NCBI GenBank assembly: GCA_964621085.1
Contig: CAZUKY010000005.1
Coordinates: 4,991-68,990 of the forward strand
DNA length: 64,000 nt
Reading direction: 5' to 3'
From: an uncultured Gammaproteobacteria bacterium
GTDB lineage: Bacteria; Patescibacteriota; Patescibacteriia; JACQRZ01
Part shown: in pieces, positions 28,876-39,021 of the stretch
How positions within the stretch are numbered: the stretch's first letter is position 1
Layout: every line of letters starts with the position of its first letter
Notes under the pieces: generated by a model
What the model was told of the DNA's origin: nothing
The model's input: only the letters and a program-made list of their open reading frames with translations
The model's database searches: none
Translations under genes and position numbers: made by a program

Positions 28876-28950
28876 TGGAGCGGGTAGGGGGAGTTGAACC
28901 CCCATCTCGTCCTTGGCAAGGACGCATAATAGCCGCTATACGATACCCGC
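28876..28950 (-). tRNA. tRNA-Gly (anticodon GCC), CCA encoded
   Basis: Acceptor GCGGGTA/TACCCGC, anticodon loop TTGCCAA, T-arm GGGGGTTCAACTCCCCC, 3' CCA. Confidence 0.85.
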
Positions 28951-29036
28951 AGGGAAGTGAGCGAAATGAGCATAAATGCTCATTTCCGAACAAGCAAGGG
29001 TATACCTTAGTATACCCACAGAGAGTGAGTTGACAC

Positions 29037-29507
29037 TCAGTAATGGTATCGCTTTCCGCTGAGAATTGCTGCGGCGCGATACACCTGTTCAAGCAAGAGA
29101 ATTCTAGCAATCTGGTGCGTGAACGTCAAGGGGGACAGTGAGATGCGATCGGCACACGCAGCGAGTACAGACGGGTCGAGACCGAGCGGGCCGCCGATGA
29201 TAAAGCACAGATGCGCGCCTCCGCCGCCGCGCTGCGAGATATATGCGGCGAACTCGTCTGTCGAAACGTTTTTCCCGTCGATTGCCAGAGCAACAGCGAT
29301 CGCATTTTTTGGAATACGACGCAGGATTTTTTCCGCTTCCGCAGCGAGCACCCGTCGCCGGTCATCCGCCGATCGAAACGGCGTCTGGGACACCTCGGCA
29401 ATTGTGAGACGCGCAAACGGACGCAAGCGTTTTTCGTACTCTGCGACAGCGGAACGCCAATAGTCTTCTTTCAAGGCGCCAACTGAGATAATTGTAATAT
29501 CAAACAT
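29037..29507 (-). CDS. rlmH: 23S rRNA (pseudouridine1915-N3)-methyltransferase RlmH
   Basis: SPOUT-family 156-aa protein with typical RlmH N- and C-termini. Confidence 0.9.
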   Translation of the reverse strand: MFDITIISVGALKEDYWRSAVAEYEKRLRPFARLTIAEVSQTPFRSADDRRRVLAAEAEKILRRIPKNAIAVALAIDGKNVSTDEFAAYISQRGGGGAHLCFIIGGPLGLDPSVLAACADRISLSPLTFTHQIARILLLEQVYRAAAILSGKRYHY

Positions 29508-29596
29508 ATGCGCACAGCGACATAATCAATCCGATCCATCATAGCATATTTGTTTTCCCTTTTACGGCCGCGCTGATACAATGAGTCTGTTCAAAC

Positions 29597-30991
29597 ATGA
29601 CTCACAGTATGGCTTCAAAACTTTCATTTCACGGGGGAGCGGGCGGCGTAACCGGCGCCAATTACCTCCTTGAGGCGGATGGAAAAAAAATCCTTGTCGA
29701 TTGCGGATTGTTTCAAGGCGGAAGATTTGCCGAAGAGCAAAACCGCCAGGACTTCCCCTATGATCCGCGCACGATAGACGCATGCCTGATCACGCACGCC
29801 CACGCCGATCATATCGGTCGCCTGCCCAAACTGTACCACGACGGATTCCGCGGACCCGTTTATGCAACAGCGGTCACCCGAGATCTTGCCGCCGTCATGC
29901 TGGAGGACGCGCTGCATATCATACGATACGAGTGCGAACAAGAGTGCCGCGAACCGCTCTATGAAGCCGCTGATGTGGAAGGGGTGCTTGCCCTCTTTCA
30001 GGCGGCGGATTACGGCATGCCGTTTTCTATCGGAACACTGCGCATCACAACGCACGACACAGCGCATATCCTGGGATCGTGCATGTTCGAAGTGGAAACC
30101 ACGGACGGGAAAATAACGTTCACCGGAGATCTCGGCAACTGTCCGACACCCTTGCTTAAATCGATCCACCCGATCCGCGAGACGGACTACCTTCTCATGG
30201 AGTCGGTGTACGGTGATCACGTCCGCGAGTCGCGGGAAGAGCGGATCGTAAAACTCGAACGCATTCTCGAGCAGACGATCGCCGCAGGGGGAACGACGAT
30301 CATTCCGGTCTTTGCGCTCGAGCGCACACAAGAGGTGCTTGCAGAATTGAACCATCTGATCGAAAACGGCAAGATTCCGCGCGTGCCGACATTTTTGGAC
30401 AGTCCGCTTGCGATCAAGGCAACGGCGGTCTTTCGCAAATACTGGCACCTCTTCAACGATGAGGCGCAAAAGGTCATCAGAGACGAAGAAGACGGCATTC
30501 TCTCCTTTCCCGGTCTGACGCTCTGCCCGACACGGGATGACTCAAAAAAGATAAATGACGTTCAGGGGCCCAAGATCATTCTCGCCGGTAATCCGCACGG
30601 CTACGGCAGCCGCATTGCGCATCATTTTCGTCGCGTCCTCCCCGATCCGAACAGCGCAGTCATTTTTGTAGGATATGCGCGCATAAGTAGTATGGGACGC
30701 GCGCTCGTCGACGGCAAAAAAACCGTGCGCATGTACGAAGGCACGATCCCCGTTCGCGCAAAAATCGAGAATATCGCCGGCTACTCGGCGCATGCGGATC
30801 AGGCTCAACTTCTCGACTTTGTCCGCGGCATTGAGAAGGGGCCTCGACATGTCTTTGTGACCATGGGCGAGGCGGATGTGTCGCAAACCTTTGCCGCACT
30901 GATCCGTTCAGAACTCGGCATTTCTGCATCTGCTCCGATGATTGGCGATGAGGTCGAGCTGGCGGAAACGGTCGCAGCGACGGATGCATAA
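29597..30991 (+). CDS. MBL-fold beta-CASP family hydrolase (RNA-metabolising type)
   Basis: HAHADH metal motif, beta-CASP region and C-terminal RMMBL-like region. Confidence 0.8.
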   Translation: MTHSMASKLSFHGGAGGVTGANYLLEADGKKILVDCGLFQGGRFAEEQNRQDFPYDPRTIDACLITHAHADHIGRLPKLYHDGFRGPVYATAVTRDLAAVMLEDALHIIRYECEQECREPLYEAADVEGVLALFQAADYGMPFSIGTLRITTHDTAHILGSCMFEVETTDGKITFTGDLGNCPTPLLKSIHPIRETDYLLMESVYGDHVRESREERIVKLERILEQTIAAGGTTIIPVFALERTQEVLAELNHLIENGKIPRVPTFLDSPLAIKATAVFRKYWHLFNDEAQKVIRDEEDGILSFPGLTLCPTRDDSKKINDVQGPKIILAGNPHGYGSRIAHHFRRVLPDPNSAVIFVGYARISSMGRALVDGKKTVRMYEGTIPVRAKIENIAGYSAHADQAQLLDFVRGIEKGPRHVFVTMGEADVSQTFAALIRSELGISASAPMIGDEVELAETVAATDA

Positions 30992-31001
30992 TTTTTTGCC
31001 T

Positions 31002-31439
31002 ATGCTCTATCTTGGCGCAGACCATGCGGGATTTCGCATGAAGGAAAAGTTGAAAAAATTTCTTTCTGAAAAAAAGATCGCATTTCACGACTGCGGCGCA
31101 CATGAGATCAACAGAAATGACGACTACCCCGAATTCGCTCAAGCGGTTGCGCGCGCGGTGTCGGCAAAAAAAACGCATCGCGGCATCCTTCTCTGCGGCA
31201 GCGGACAGGGCATGTGCATCGCGGCAAACAAACTGAATGGCGCGCGTGCGGCTCTTGCGTGGAATACGAAAAGCGCGCGTCTCTCGCGCACGGACGATGA
31301 CGCGAATATCCTCTGCCTCCCCGCACGACTCATTTCCGAAAGAGATATGCGCGCAATTGTGACGACGTGGCTCACAACAGAATTCTCGAAAGAACAGCGC
31401 CATCGGCGACGGATCAGAAAGATTGAAAAGATCGCATAA
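31002..31439 (+). CDS. rpiB: Ribose-5-phosphate isomerase B
   Basis: LGADHAG and LLCGSGQGM motifs of RpiB/LacAB. Confidence 0.9.
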   Translation: MLYLGADHAGFRMKEKLKKFLSEKKIAFHDCGAHEINRNDDYPEFAQAVARAVSAKKTHRGILLCGSGQGMCIAANKLNGARAALAWNTKSARLSRTDDDANILCLPARLISERDMRAIVTTWLTTEFSKEQRHRRRIRKIEKIA

Positions 31440-31456
31440 TCCTCAAAAAAGAAAAA

Positions 31457-31478
31457 CAGCCTCCGAGCTGTTTTTTTT
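31457..31478 (+). terminator. Intrinsic terminator after rpiB
   Basis: CAGCCTCCGAGCTG hairpin followed by T8. Confidence 0.7.
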
Positions 31479-31606
31479 GATTCTCTCATGTTGTCTACTG
31501 TGAGCTGCCGAGTGATCAGCAGTATTTTATCAAGCAAAATCGCTTGGCAAAATACTTCTGATCAAAGAGGGTTGGCGGCCACGCTGGTAGCGCAGCCGCC
31601 AGAGAA

Positions 31607-32110
31607 CTAGAGAGCCCAGAAGCCACTGATCGCCGACGGCTCGAACGAGCGCATCGGCGCAGAGCCGAACGTGGAGCTCTTGACAAATCCACCGCCATCG
31701 ATCCTCGGGTACTCGACCAAGGTATTGAAGCACCCTGGCCGGGTCTCCGGCGACGCGATGACGAGCGCAGTGCGGTTGGTCAGCCAGATGGTCCGTGACG
31801 GGACGTCCTCATCCTCAAGATGCGAAAAGATGCGCAGGTTCGGCCGCTCTGCCATCCAGGGATACGAGTTGAGGATCGAGTCCTTGAGCCGCACGTAGAC
31901 GAGATCGCTGACCTTCACTTGCTGACCATCGACTTCGAGGATATAGCGCTGGTTCTCGTACGTGTCGACCCGCTCCGCCGCGACATCCTTGTAGGAAACG
32001 GCGCCGACAGAAACGATCTCGAGCGTGACAGGAACTTCGATGACATCCCTCTGCGACTGCTGGCTGCAGCCGATCAGGGGCATGGCCACGAGCAGAGACA
32101 ACCACTTCAT
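31607..32110 (-). CDS. Hypothetical lipoprotein
   Basis: Signal peptide with lipobox LIGC. Confidence 0.55.
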   Translation of the reverse strand: MKWLSLLVAMPLIGCSQQSQRDVIEVPVTLEIVSVGAVSYKDVAAERVDTYENQRYILEVDGQQVKVSDLVYVRLKDSILNSYPWMAERPNLRIFSHLEDEDVPSRTIWLTNRTALVIASPETRPGCFNTLVEYPRIDGGGFVKSSTFGSAPMRSFEPSAISGFWAL

Positions 32111-32545
32111 TTGGAATCCTCCAACAAACTACTTGCGAACACTGTGCGCGCATTCCATTATGCAACGAGCGCAGTCGTATTCGCAAGCCTATATGACAAG
32201 CGGCAGCATAGATGTCAGGGCACGCGACCCTGCCACCTATACTGCCGCCAGCCACTGTGCGAGGTGTGGTACAATGTGGGATAAGGAATATGCAGAGGGG
32301 TTGTGCGAGCCCGAAGGACTCACGGTGCTTGAAAACGATGTGGGCATACTATTTGCATACGCAATGTGAATGATGGCCCGCGTTTTCATGCTGTAGACTG
32401 TCAGCCCTTTTGTAACGGCCCGTAAGCCAGTCACCAAGGGAGAGACGGTTCCTCCTCTACATATTTCTTACCCCGCTTTTCAATGCTACGTGCCAATAGT
32501 ATATCATAAGCTCAGCAGATTGTCAAGAGTCAGGTTTACTTTTTT

Positions 32546-33205
32546 ATGATACCACGGGGACTCAAGAAACATATCTATCCGTCCCTCCTCGTCCATTCCG
32601 AGGAGGAAATGATAAAAAAGCTTATAATTATAAAAAAAGAATTTAAAAATCCCTTTCTCCATATCGACGTCATGGATGGCACTTTTACCAAAGAAAAATG
32701 CTGGGCAGCGAGTGTTAGTGTCAAGAAGCTTGTTGGCGAAATTCCGTATGAGGTTCATTTGATGGTCAAAAAACCGCTCAATTATATTGAAAAATGGCGC
32801 GCGGCAGGGGCCTCGCGAGTCCATATTCATGCAGAAATCGGTAGAAATTACCTATCAATTCTTGAAAATATAAAGAATAGCGGTTTGCAGGCAGGCCTCG
32901 CTGTCAATCCGGATACTCCCATTTCGTCACTGCAATTGCCCCAGGGGCTTGCCGATGCTATCCTTATTATGGGTGTGCAGCCGGGCAAAAGCGGTAAAAA
33001 GCTTTTGAAGAAAACGTATAGAAAGATTGCGGAGACAGCAGCACTCGCACGCAGCGCGCAGATTATCGTTGACGGAGGGGTGACACTGGAAAATGGACCA
33101 GAGCTCCTGAAGTGCGGCGCCGATGCCCTCGTTTCGGCTCATGCGCTTTTCACCTCCGTGTGCGCCCGTCCCGATACTGCGCCGTTGTGCGCTGATATCT
33201 CGTGA
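32546..33205 (+). CDS. rpe: Ribulose-phosphate 3-epimerase
   Basis: TIM-barrel Rpe motifs HIDVMDG and HLMV; sits in the pentose-phosphate cluster. Confidence 0.8.
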   Translation: MIPRGLKKHIYPSLLVHSEEEMIKKLIIIKKEFKNPFLHIDVMDGTFTKEKCWAASVSVKKLVGEIPYEVHLMVKKPLNYIEKWRAAGASRVHIHAEIGRNYLSILENIKNSGLQAGLAVNPDTPISSLQLPQGLADAILIMGVQPGKSGKKLLKKTYRKIAETAALARSAQIIVDGGVTLENGPELLKCGADALVSAHALFTSVCARPDTAPLCADIS

Positions 33206-33930
33206 GATTTGATAGTATGACGAAAAAGATCTCCGTTATCATTCCTGCCCATAACGAGGAAGCGCATCTGCCGCATGCATTGCGTGCGCTACAGAATCAG
33301 TCGTTTCCGCGGGCGGACTTCGAGATTATCGTCGCAAACAATAACAGTACTGATGCTACCGCTCATGTAGCGCGCGAATGGGGCGCTGACAAAGTTATCC
33401 TTGAAGAGCGCAAGGGCACCAATCAGGCGCGCCAAGCCGGGCTCAACGCGGCGCGAGGCCGGATCGTCGCATTCCTGGATGCCGACTGCATTCCGCCGCC
33501 GGACTGGCTTGAAAAGATCGACCGCGCACTCCACTCGCGCAAGCGGCGGTGCGTTGCGGTTGCAGGAGCATACGTCTTCCATGAGAAGATGGATGATGTT
33601 GTTTATGTCATGCAGGAGGTGTATCGCTGGATCGTGATGCCCGTGCTCGGTTCGGTCATGGGCAGGGTTTTCAAGCGCGGAGGGGTCGTTATCGGCGGAA
33701 ACTTCGCGACCTATCGGAAGTACTTTAAAAAACTCGGCGGCATCGACACGTCTTATACGTTTTTTGGAGACGATACCTCAATTGCACGTCGCTTCGGCGA
33801 GCTCGGATACGTCCACTACGAGCCGACACTCTATGTCTTTTCCTCGTATCGCCGCTTTGCCCGCGAGGGACTGCTGAAGACCAACTGGGAGTATGCGAAG
33901 AATTACTTCAAGGTGATGACGCAATCCTGA
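33202..33930 (+). CDS. Family 2 glycosyltransferase
   Basis: ISVIIPAHNE and FLDADC motifs. Confidence 0.8.
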   Translation: MRFDSMTKKISVIIPAHNEEAHLPHALRALQNQSFPRADFEIIVANNNSTDATAHVAREWGADKVILEERKGTNQARQAGLNAARGRIVAFLDADCIPPPDWLEKIDRALHSRKRRCVAVAGAYVFHEKMDDVVYVMQEVYRWIVMPVLGSVMGRVFKRGGVVIGGNFATYRKYFKKLGGIDTSYTFFGDDTSIARRFGELGYVHYEPTLYVFSSYRRFAREGLLKTNWEYAKNYFKVMTQS

Positions 33931-34024
33931 TCAGTAGAACTGCATCGAGCAGTAAGACATGCCAAGCAACAAATCACCCTTCGGGTGCTTTTTTGTTTTT
34001 GGTATACTGAAGGGGAGATATTTT

Positions 34025-34882
34025 ATGATGATTTCAGATCGTAAAGTCAGGCGGTTGGAAAAAGTGGCGAACACCCTCCGGCAAGACATCGTCAAGATGC
34101 TTGTAAAGGCCGGGTCGGGGCACTCGGCAGGACCTTTGGGAATGGCCGATGTTTTTACGGCGCTGTATTTCCACGTGCTGCACCATCGGCCAAAGCAGCC
34201 CGCATGGGCGCAGCGCGACCGTCTCTTTCTCTCCTGCGGACACATCTGCCCAGTGCGCTACGCTGCAATGGCGCGTGCGGGATACGTTCCATTAAAGACT
34301 CTCGGCACGCTGCGCAAACTTGGATCGGTTCTGCAGGGACACCCGGAATTCCGACGACTCCCCGCTTTGGAGCACACGAGCGGACCGCTTGGGCAGGGCA
34401 GTTCGGTTGCGGTCGGCGCGGCTCTGGCCGCACAAATGGATGGGGCGCGGCATCGCGCATACTGCGTACTCTCGGACGGCGAACACCAGGAGGGCCAGGT
34501 GTGGGAGGCGATCATGTTTGCCGGCAAAAACCGCCTTTCCAATCTTACGTTCATCGTCGACCGCAACAATATCCAGATCGACGGAAACACAGAGGACATC
34601 ATGCCGCTCGAGCCGCTGGCAGACAAATACCGTGCCTTCAACTGGCACGTGCTTGAGATCGATGGACACAATATCCGCGAGATCGTTGAGGCGTGCGAGA
34701 CGGCGAAACGAATCACAGAAAAGCCGACGGTCATCATTGCGCGCACGATTCCCGGCCGCGGCGTTGACTTCATGGAAAACAAGTACCAGTGGCACGGCAT
34801 TCCCCCGAAAGCAGACCAGGCGAACGAGGCCCTGCGCGAACTGCGGACACTCCGCGGCAAGATTATGAGCGAGTGCGATTAG
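34025..34882 (+). CDS. Transketolase, N-terminal (TPP-binding) subunit
   Basis: GSGHSAGPLGMADV, GPLGQG and SDGEHQEG motifs; SD GAAGGGGAG upstream of the ATG at 34025. Confidence 0.9.
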   Translation: MMISDRKVRRLEKVANTLRQDIVKMLVKAGSGHSAGPLGMADVFTALYFHVLHHRPKQPAWAQRDRLFLSCGHICPVRYAAMARAGYVPLKTLGTLRKLGSVLQGHPEFRRLPALEHTSGPLGQGSSVAVGAALAAQMDGARHRAYCVLSDGEHQEGQVWEAIMFAGKNRLSNLTFIVDRNNIQIDGNTEDIMPLEPLADKYRAFNWHVLEIDGHNIREIVEACETAKRITEKPTVIIARTIPGRGVDFMENKYQWHGIPPKADQANEALRELRTLRGKIMSECD

Positions 34883-34901
34883 TCGCTTCTTGTTGTTTTT
34901 T

Positions 34902-35903
34902 ATGCCAATCAAACATGCAAAGAATTACCACCCGACCTTGCATTCGAAGCTTTTTTCCAAAGAAGTCGAGCAAATTCCTACGCGCAACGGGTATGGCGAT
35001 GGGCTCCTCGCCTGCGCAGAAAAAGATCAGCGGGTTGTTGTTCTCACGGGCGACCTGGCGGAGTCCACGCGCGTTCTGCCGTTTGCGGAAAAATTTCCGG
35101 AGCGCTTTGTCGAGTGCGGCGTTGCCGAACAGAACATGGTGGGCATTGCCGCCGGCCTTGCGCTCTCCGGAAAAATTCCGTTCGTCTCAAGCTATGCGGT
35201 TTTCTCTCCTGGACGAAGCTGGGACCAAGCCCGCGTGAGCGTCTGCCTTAATCGGGCGAATGTGAAGATCGCGGGCGCCCATGCGGGAATCTCTGTCGGT
35301 CCGGATGGGGCAACACATCAAGCGCTTGAGGACATCGCCATCATGCGTGTCTTGCCAAATATGACCGTGGTCGTGCCGTGCGATTATGAGGAGACAAAAA
35401 AACTTGTCGCAGCGGCCTGCGCATTCGACGGCCCGCTCTACTTCCGCTTCAGTCGAGAAAAGACTCCGGTTATCACGACGCACGAGACACCCTTTGAAAT
35501 CGGTAAAGCTCTTGTTCTGCGCGAAGGACGCGATGCGACGATTGTTGCCTGCGGGCCGCTCGTCCATAGCGCACTGGTGGCCGCCGAACGCCTCAACAAA
35601 AAAGGTATTGAGTGTGAAGTAATCAATAATCACACAGTAAAGCCCCTCGACGGAAAGACAATCCTGGCATCCGTCCGCAAGACGCGCGCAGTTGTGACGG
35701 TTGAAGAGCATCAGATCATGGGTGGCATGGGAAGCGCGGTCTGCGAACTGCTTGCGCGACAGTTTCCCGTACCCGTCGAGATGATTGGAATGCCTGACAG
35801 CTTCGGCGAATCGGGAGAGCCGGCCGAGCTTTTGGAGAAGTACGGCATGAGCGAAAAAGCGATCGTCCGCGCGGTGAAACGAGTATTGAAAAGATATTTA
35901 TAG
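34902..35903 (+). CDS. Transketolase, C-terminal (pyrimidine-binding) subunit
   Basis: Transketolase Pyr and C-terminal domains; paired with the upstream N-terminal subunit. Confidence 0.9.
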   Translation: MPIKHAKNYHPTLHSKLFSKEVEQIPTRNGYGDGLLACAEKDQRVVVLTGDLAESTRVLPFAEKFPERFVECGVAEQNMVGIAAGLALSGKIPFVSSYAVFSPGRSWDQARVSVCLNRANVKIAGAHAGISVGPDGATHQALEDIAIMRVLPNMTVVVPCDYEETKKLVAAACAFDGPLYFRFSREKTPVITTHETPFEIGKALVLREGRDATIVACGPLVHSALVAAERLNKKGIECEVINNHTVKPLDGKTILASVRKTRAVVTVEEHQIMGGMGSAVCELLARQFPVPVEMIGMPDSFGESGEPAELLEKYGMSEKAIVRAVKRVLKRYL

Positions 35904-35938
35904 AGAGATATAATGGTAGACATACATCAATTGAGTCT

Positions 35939-36448
35939 ATGTCTACCATTAAGCAATATACCCGTAAGCGAAAATGGACGGAAAATCAATTTAAGGAAGC
36001 GGTTATCACAAGTAGAAGCAAACGACAGGTATTAAAAAAGTTGGGGTTACGAGAAGCCGGCGGCAACTACTCCCAAGTTGAAAAATATATAAAAGAATAT
36101 CGTTTAAACACATCTCATTTTACTGGATATGCTTGGAGTCGTGGGTTGACGGGTATTGGTAAGCCATTCCTTTCTCTCGCAGAAATTCTAACGATAAATA
36201 GTTCCTATCAAAGCTATAAGTTAAAGTTACGATTATTCGCAGCCGGTTTAAAGAACCAAAAATGTGAAGAATGTGGTTGGGCAAAAAAATCTAATGATGG
36301 ACGAATACCCCTCGAACTTGATCATGTAAATGGTTGTCGAACTGATAATAGAATAGAAAACCTACGCATTTTATGTCCAAACTGTCACAGCCTTAAGCCA
36401 ACTCATAGAAGAAGAAAGGATTGCAAAGCATTTGTAGGAATACATTAA
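35939..36448 (+). CDS. HNH endonuclease
   Basis: HNH motif LELDHVNGCRTDNRIENLRILCPNCHS; AT-rich relative to its neighbours. Confidence 0.8.
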   Translation: MSTIKQYTRKRKWTENQFKEAVITSRSKRQVLKKLGLREAGGNYSQVEKYIKEYRLNTSHFTGYAWSRGLTGIGKPFLSLAEILTINSSYQSYKLKLRLFAAGLKNQKCEECGWAKKSNDGRIPLELDHVNGCRTDNRIENLRILCPNCHSLKPTHRRRKDCKAFVGIH

Positions 36449-36452
36449 TCCT

Positions 36453-36536
36453 GTCCGGGTGGTGGAACGGTATACACGCGTCACTTAAAATGACGTTCCG
36501 TAAGGATTGAGGGTTCGAATCCCTCCCCGGACACCA
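36453..36536 (+). tRNA. tRNA-Leu (anticodon TAA), type II, CCA encoded
   Basis: Anticodon loop CTTAAAA, long variable arm, T-arm GAGGGTTCGAATCCCTC, acceptor GTCCGGG/CCCGGAC. Confidence 0.9.
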
Positions 36537-36551
36537 GAATCAAACGAAAAG

Positions 36552-36577
36552 AAGCCGCTACCAAGCGGTTTTTTTGT
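36552..36577 (+). terminator. Intrinsic terminator after tRNA-Leu
   Basis: AAGCCGCT-loop-AGCGGTT followed by T7. Confidence 0.7.
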
Positions 36578-36620
36578 TCCCCTTGACGTAGAGTAAGGAA
36601 TACGCTATACATATTGCCAA

Positions 36621-37295
36621 ATGATTGAGTCATGGTTACTCAGTCAAAGTAGTACATTTTCAACTCAAAAAGGCAGGTGCAACTTGGGCACAGAAACGAT
36701 TGGCATGGTTTCTGGGCTGTTGGTAATCGCAAGCGTGATTCCCTACAGCGTCAGGACTTACCAGGGCAAAGTGCAGCCGAACTTGACGAGCTGGTCGCTC
36801 TGGACGCTGATCGGCCTCGTGCTCTTGCTTACGTACAAAAGTTCGGGGGCCGAAGCGAACGTCTGGCCGACAGTGTTCGGATTCACCAACCCGCTCCTCA
36901 TCACCTTGCTAGTTCTCAAACGACATGGTGGATGGACAAAACCGAACCGAGTCGAGGTCGCCTGTCTCGTGTTTGGTCTCATGTCTCTCGGTTTGTGGAT
37001 GGTGGTTCGCGAAAATAAGGAGATGGCCCAGTGGGCACTCTATATCGCAATCATTGCGGACTTGTTCGCGGCGATCCCCACGATTGTGTTCGTATGGACG
37101 CAACCGAATGGCGACCGACCGTTTGCTTGGGCTTTCTTCGCTGTCGGCTATGGCCTCGCAATCTTCGCCATTACCGAACACACCTTCGCGAACTACATTC
37201 TTCCGCTCTACATGTTCTTCGGAGCGTTAAGTGTAACACTCCCGCTCACTCTGTATCGGTTGCGGCAGAAAGTCCCGTTATCGGAGTGGGTATAA
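36621..37295 (+). CDS. Hypothetical integral membrane protein
   Basis: About six predicted TM helices; start uncertain (alternative Met at 36705). Confidence 0.5.
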   Translation: MIESWLLSQSSTFSTQKGRCNLGTETIGMVSGLLVIASVIPYSVRTYQGKVQPNLTSWSLWTLIGLVLLLTYKSSGAEANVWPTVFGFTNPLLITLLVLKRHGGWTKPNRVEVACLVFGLMSLGLWMVVRENKEMAQWALYIAIIADLFAAIPTIVFVWTQPNGDRPFAWAFFAVGYGLAIFAITEHTFANYILPLYMFFGALSVTLPLTLYRLRQKVPLSEWV

Positions 37296-37318
37296 GCCAG
37301 GGACGAAAAACCGATCCG

Positions 37319-37366
37319 AGGCCCCCGCGGTAGCGATGCTACCGCGCGGGGCCTTTCTTTTTTTTG
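37319..37366 (+). terminator. Strong intrinsic terminator
   Basis: 15-bp GC-rich stem GGCCCCGCGGTAGC/GCTACCGCGCGGGGCC followed by a T-run. Confidence 0.75.
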
Positions 37367-37544
37367 ATTTGTTTGATTATTTTTCATACACTACACTTGG
37401 TATTTGCCCCCTCGCAAACTTAAATTTACTCGCCATAAAAGAAGAAATTGAAATTGTCAGCTGTGCAGCTTCGCCTCCTCCATTTTTAGTGGGGCTTCGC
37501 ACTAATCAGGTATCCTACACAAATCAAATCAACTCAATACTTTT

Positions 37545-38921
37545 ATGCAACAAAACTATACAAAGGCGATTCGCGTGACCGCAGGCATCCTTGATGCCTG
37601 GCTGCCGCGTAAGATTGCATATGATCGGACCACCGGTCTTGCCGTCGGCATTGTGTATCGTGGAAAACTTGTCTATCAAAACGGGTTCGGGTACGCCGAC
37701 AGCGCGGCGGGAATACCCATGACCGCAAAGCATGCGTTTCGTATCGCCTCGATCTCCAAGTTTTTCACGGCGGTCGCGATCCTGCAGCTTGCTGAAAAAG
37801 GCGCCCTGCGTCTCGACGATCGGGTCAGCGTACACGTACCTTGGTTTCGCGGCAAGGTAAAGAATATCGACGCCTCATCAGTAACAATCCGGCAGCTCCT
37901 GTCCCACACGGCCGGCGTCTTTCGTGACGGCACGACGCATCACTGGGAAGACGACTCCTTTCCCGATGAGGCTGCTCTGAGAAAATCCGTCTGCGCCAAG
38001 ACGCTTGTCTTTGAAAACCTGACGCGGTTCAAGTACTCCAACTTCGGCTACGCGATTCTGGGACAGGTCATTGCCGCAACAAGCGGCATGCCGTACGAAA
38101 CATACATGGCGAACCACATCATTGCACCGCTCGGCATGACGCGCACTGTGCCGGACTTTTCCGTCGCGTGTGAAAAGTGGCTTGCGCGTGGACACGCCCG
38201 CAGTATTCCCTACGAAAAAGAACAGCCAGATACATTCCGCAACATACCGACGAAGAGCTACGCTCCAGCGACCGGCTTTCTTTCCAATGTCCCTGATCTC
38301 GCAAAATTTCTCGATGGCCTCTCGCTCTGCCGCACAAGTGCCCTACTGACAAAGGAATCAAAAAAAGAAATGATACGTCCACACTGGGAAACAGGTGACG
38401 AGGGCCACTCGTACTGTCTCGGCTGCGAACTGTACTCTGTCAGCAATCGCCGGATCGTCAGTCACGGCGGCGGCTTTCCTGGATTCATCACGCACATCGC
38501 GCTCGACGCGGAAAACGACATCGGCGTCATCACGCTGACCAATGCGATGGACAGTGCGTGCGGCGCGATCAACACGGGCATCTTTGAGACGATCTACGCA
38601 CTCTGCGACGAGCTGGAGACGAATGAAAAGAAGAATGTAATTGTCCGTCCGGAGCGCTATGAAGGCGCCTATCGCTCGCGGTGGGGCGACTCGATCGTCG
38701 TGCATCTTGGCGCGAGCCTTCTTCTCTGTGACGCGCAGTCTCGCAGTCCCTTCAAATGGGGAACGCTCCTTCGACCCCTTGGTATTAAAAATAGGTTTCG
38801 CATGGAAACATCATCGAACTTCTCATCGTGCGGCGAGGAAGCGATCTTTCTTTTTCGCAGAAATACAACAAAGGCGTCAACGTTAGTCTGCGGCGCGCAC
38901 CCGTCGGAGCGCATCTCGTAA
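37545..38921 (+). CDS. Serine hydrolase of the beta-lactamase/PBP (class C-like) family
   Basis: S-x-x-K motif in FRIASISKFF; family-typical length. Confidence 0.8.
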   Translation: MQQNYTKAIRVTAGILDAWLPRKIAYDRTTGLAVGIVYRGKLVYQNGFGYADSAAGIPMTAKHAFRIASISKFFTAVAILQLAEKGALRLDDRVSVHVPWFRGKVKNIDASSVTIRQLLSHTAGVFRDGTTHHWEDDSFPDEAALRKSVCAKTLVFENLTRFKYSNFGYAILGQVIAATSGMPYETYMANHIIAPLGMTRTVPDFSVACEKWLARGHARSIPYEKEQPDTFRNIPTKSYAPATGFLSNVPDLAKFLDGLSLCRTSALLTKESKKEMIRPHWETGDEGHSYCLGCELYSVSNRRIVSHGGGFPGFITHIALDAENDIGVITLTNAMDSACGAINTGIFETIYALCDELETNEKKNVIVRPERYEGAYRSRWGDSIVVHLGASLLLCDAQSRSPFKWGTLLRPLGIKNRFRMETSSNFSSCGEEAIFLFRRNTTKASTLVCGAHPSERIS

Positions 38922-39021
38922 TACTCCTTCTTTCGAGCCCTATGCCGAGTTTCGGTCCGGGGGCTCGACTTTTTTTTCAGCTCATGCTAGGGTTTTTCGC
39001 GGAGAGGAGGAGAGGACAGAA

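Noticed and set aside
29624-30469. 281-aa minus-strand ORF
   Set aside because: Antisense to the MBL/beta-CASP gene.
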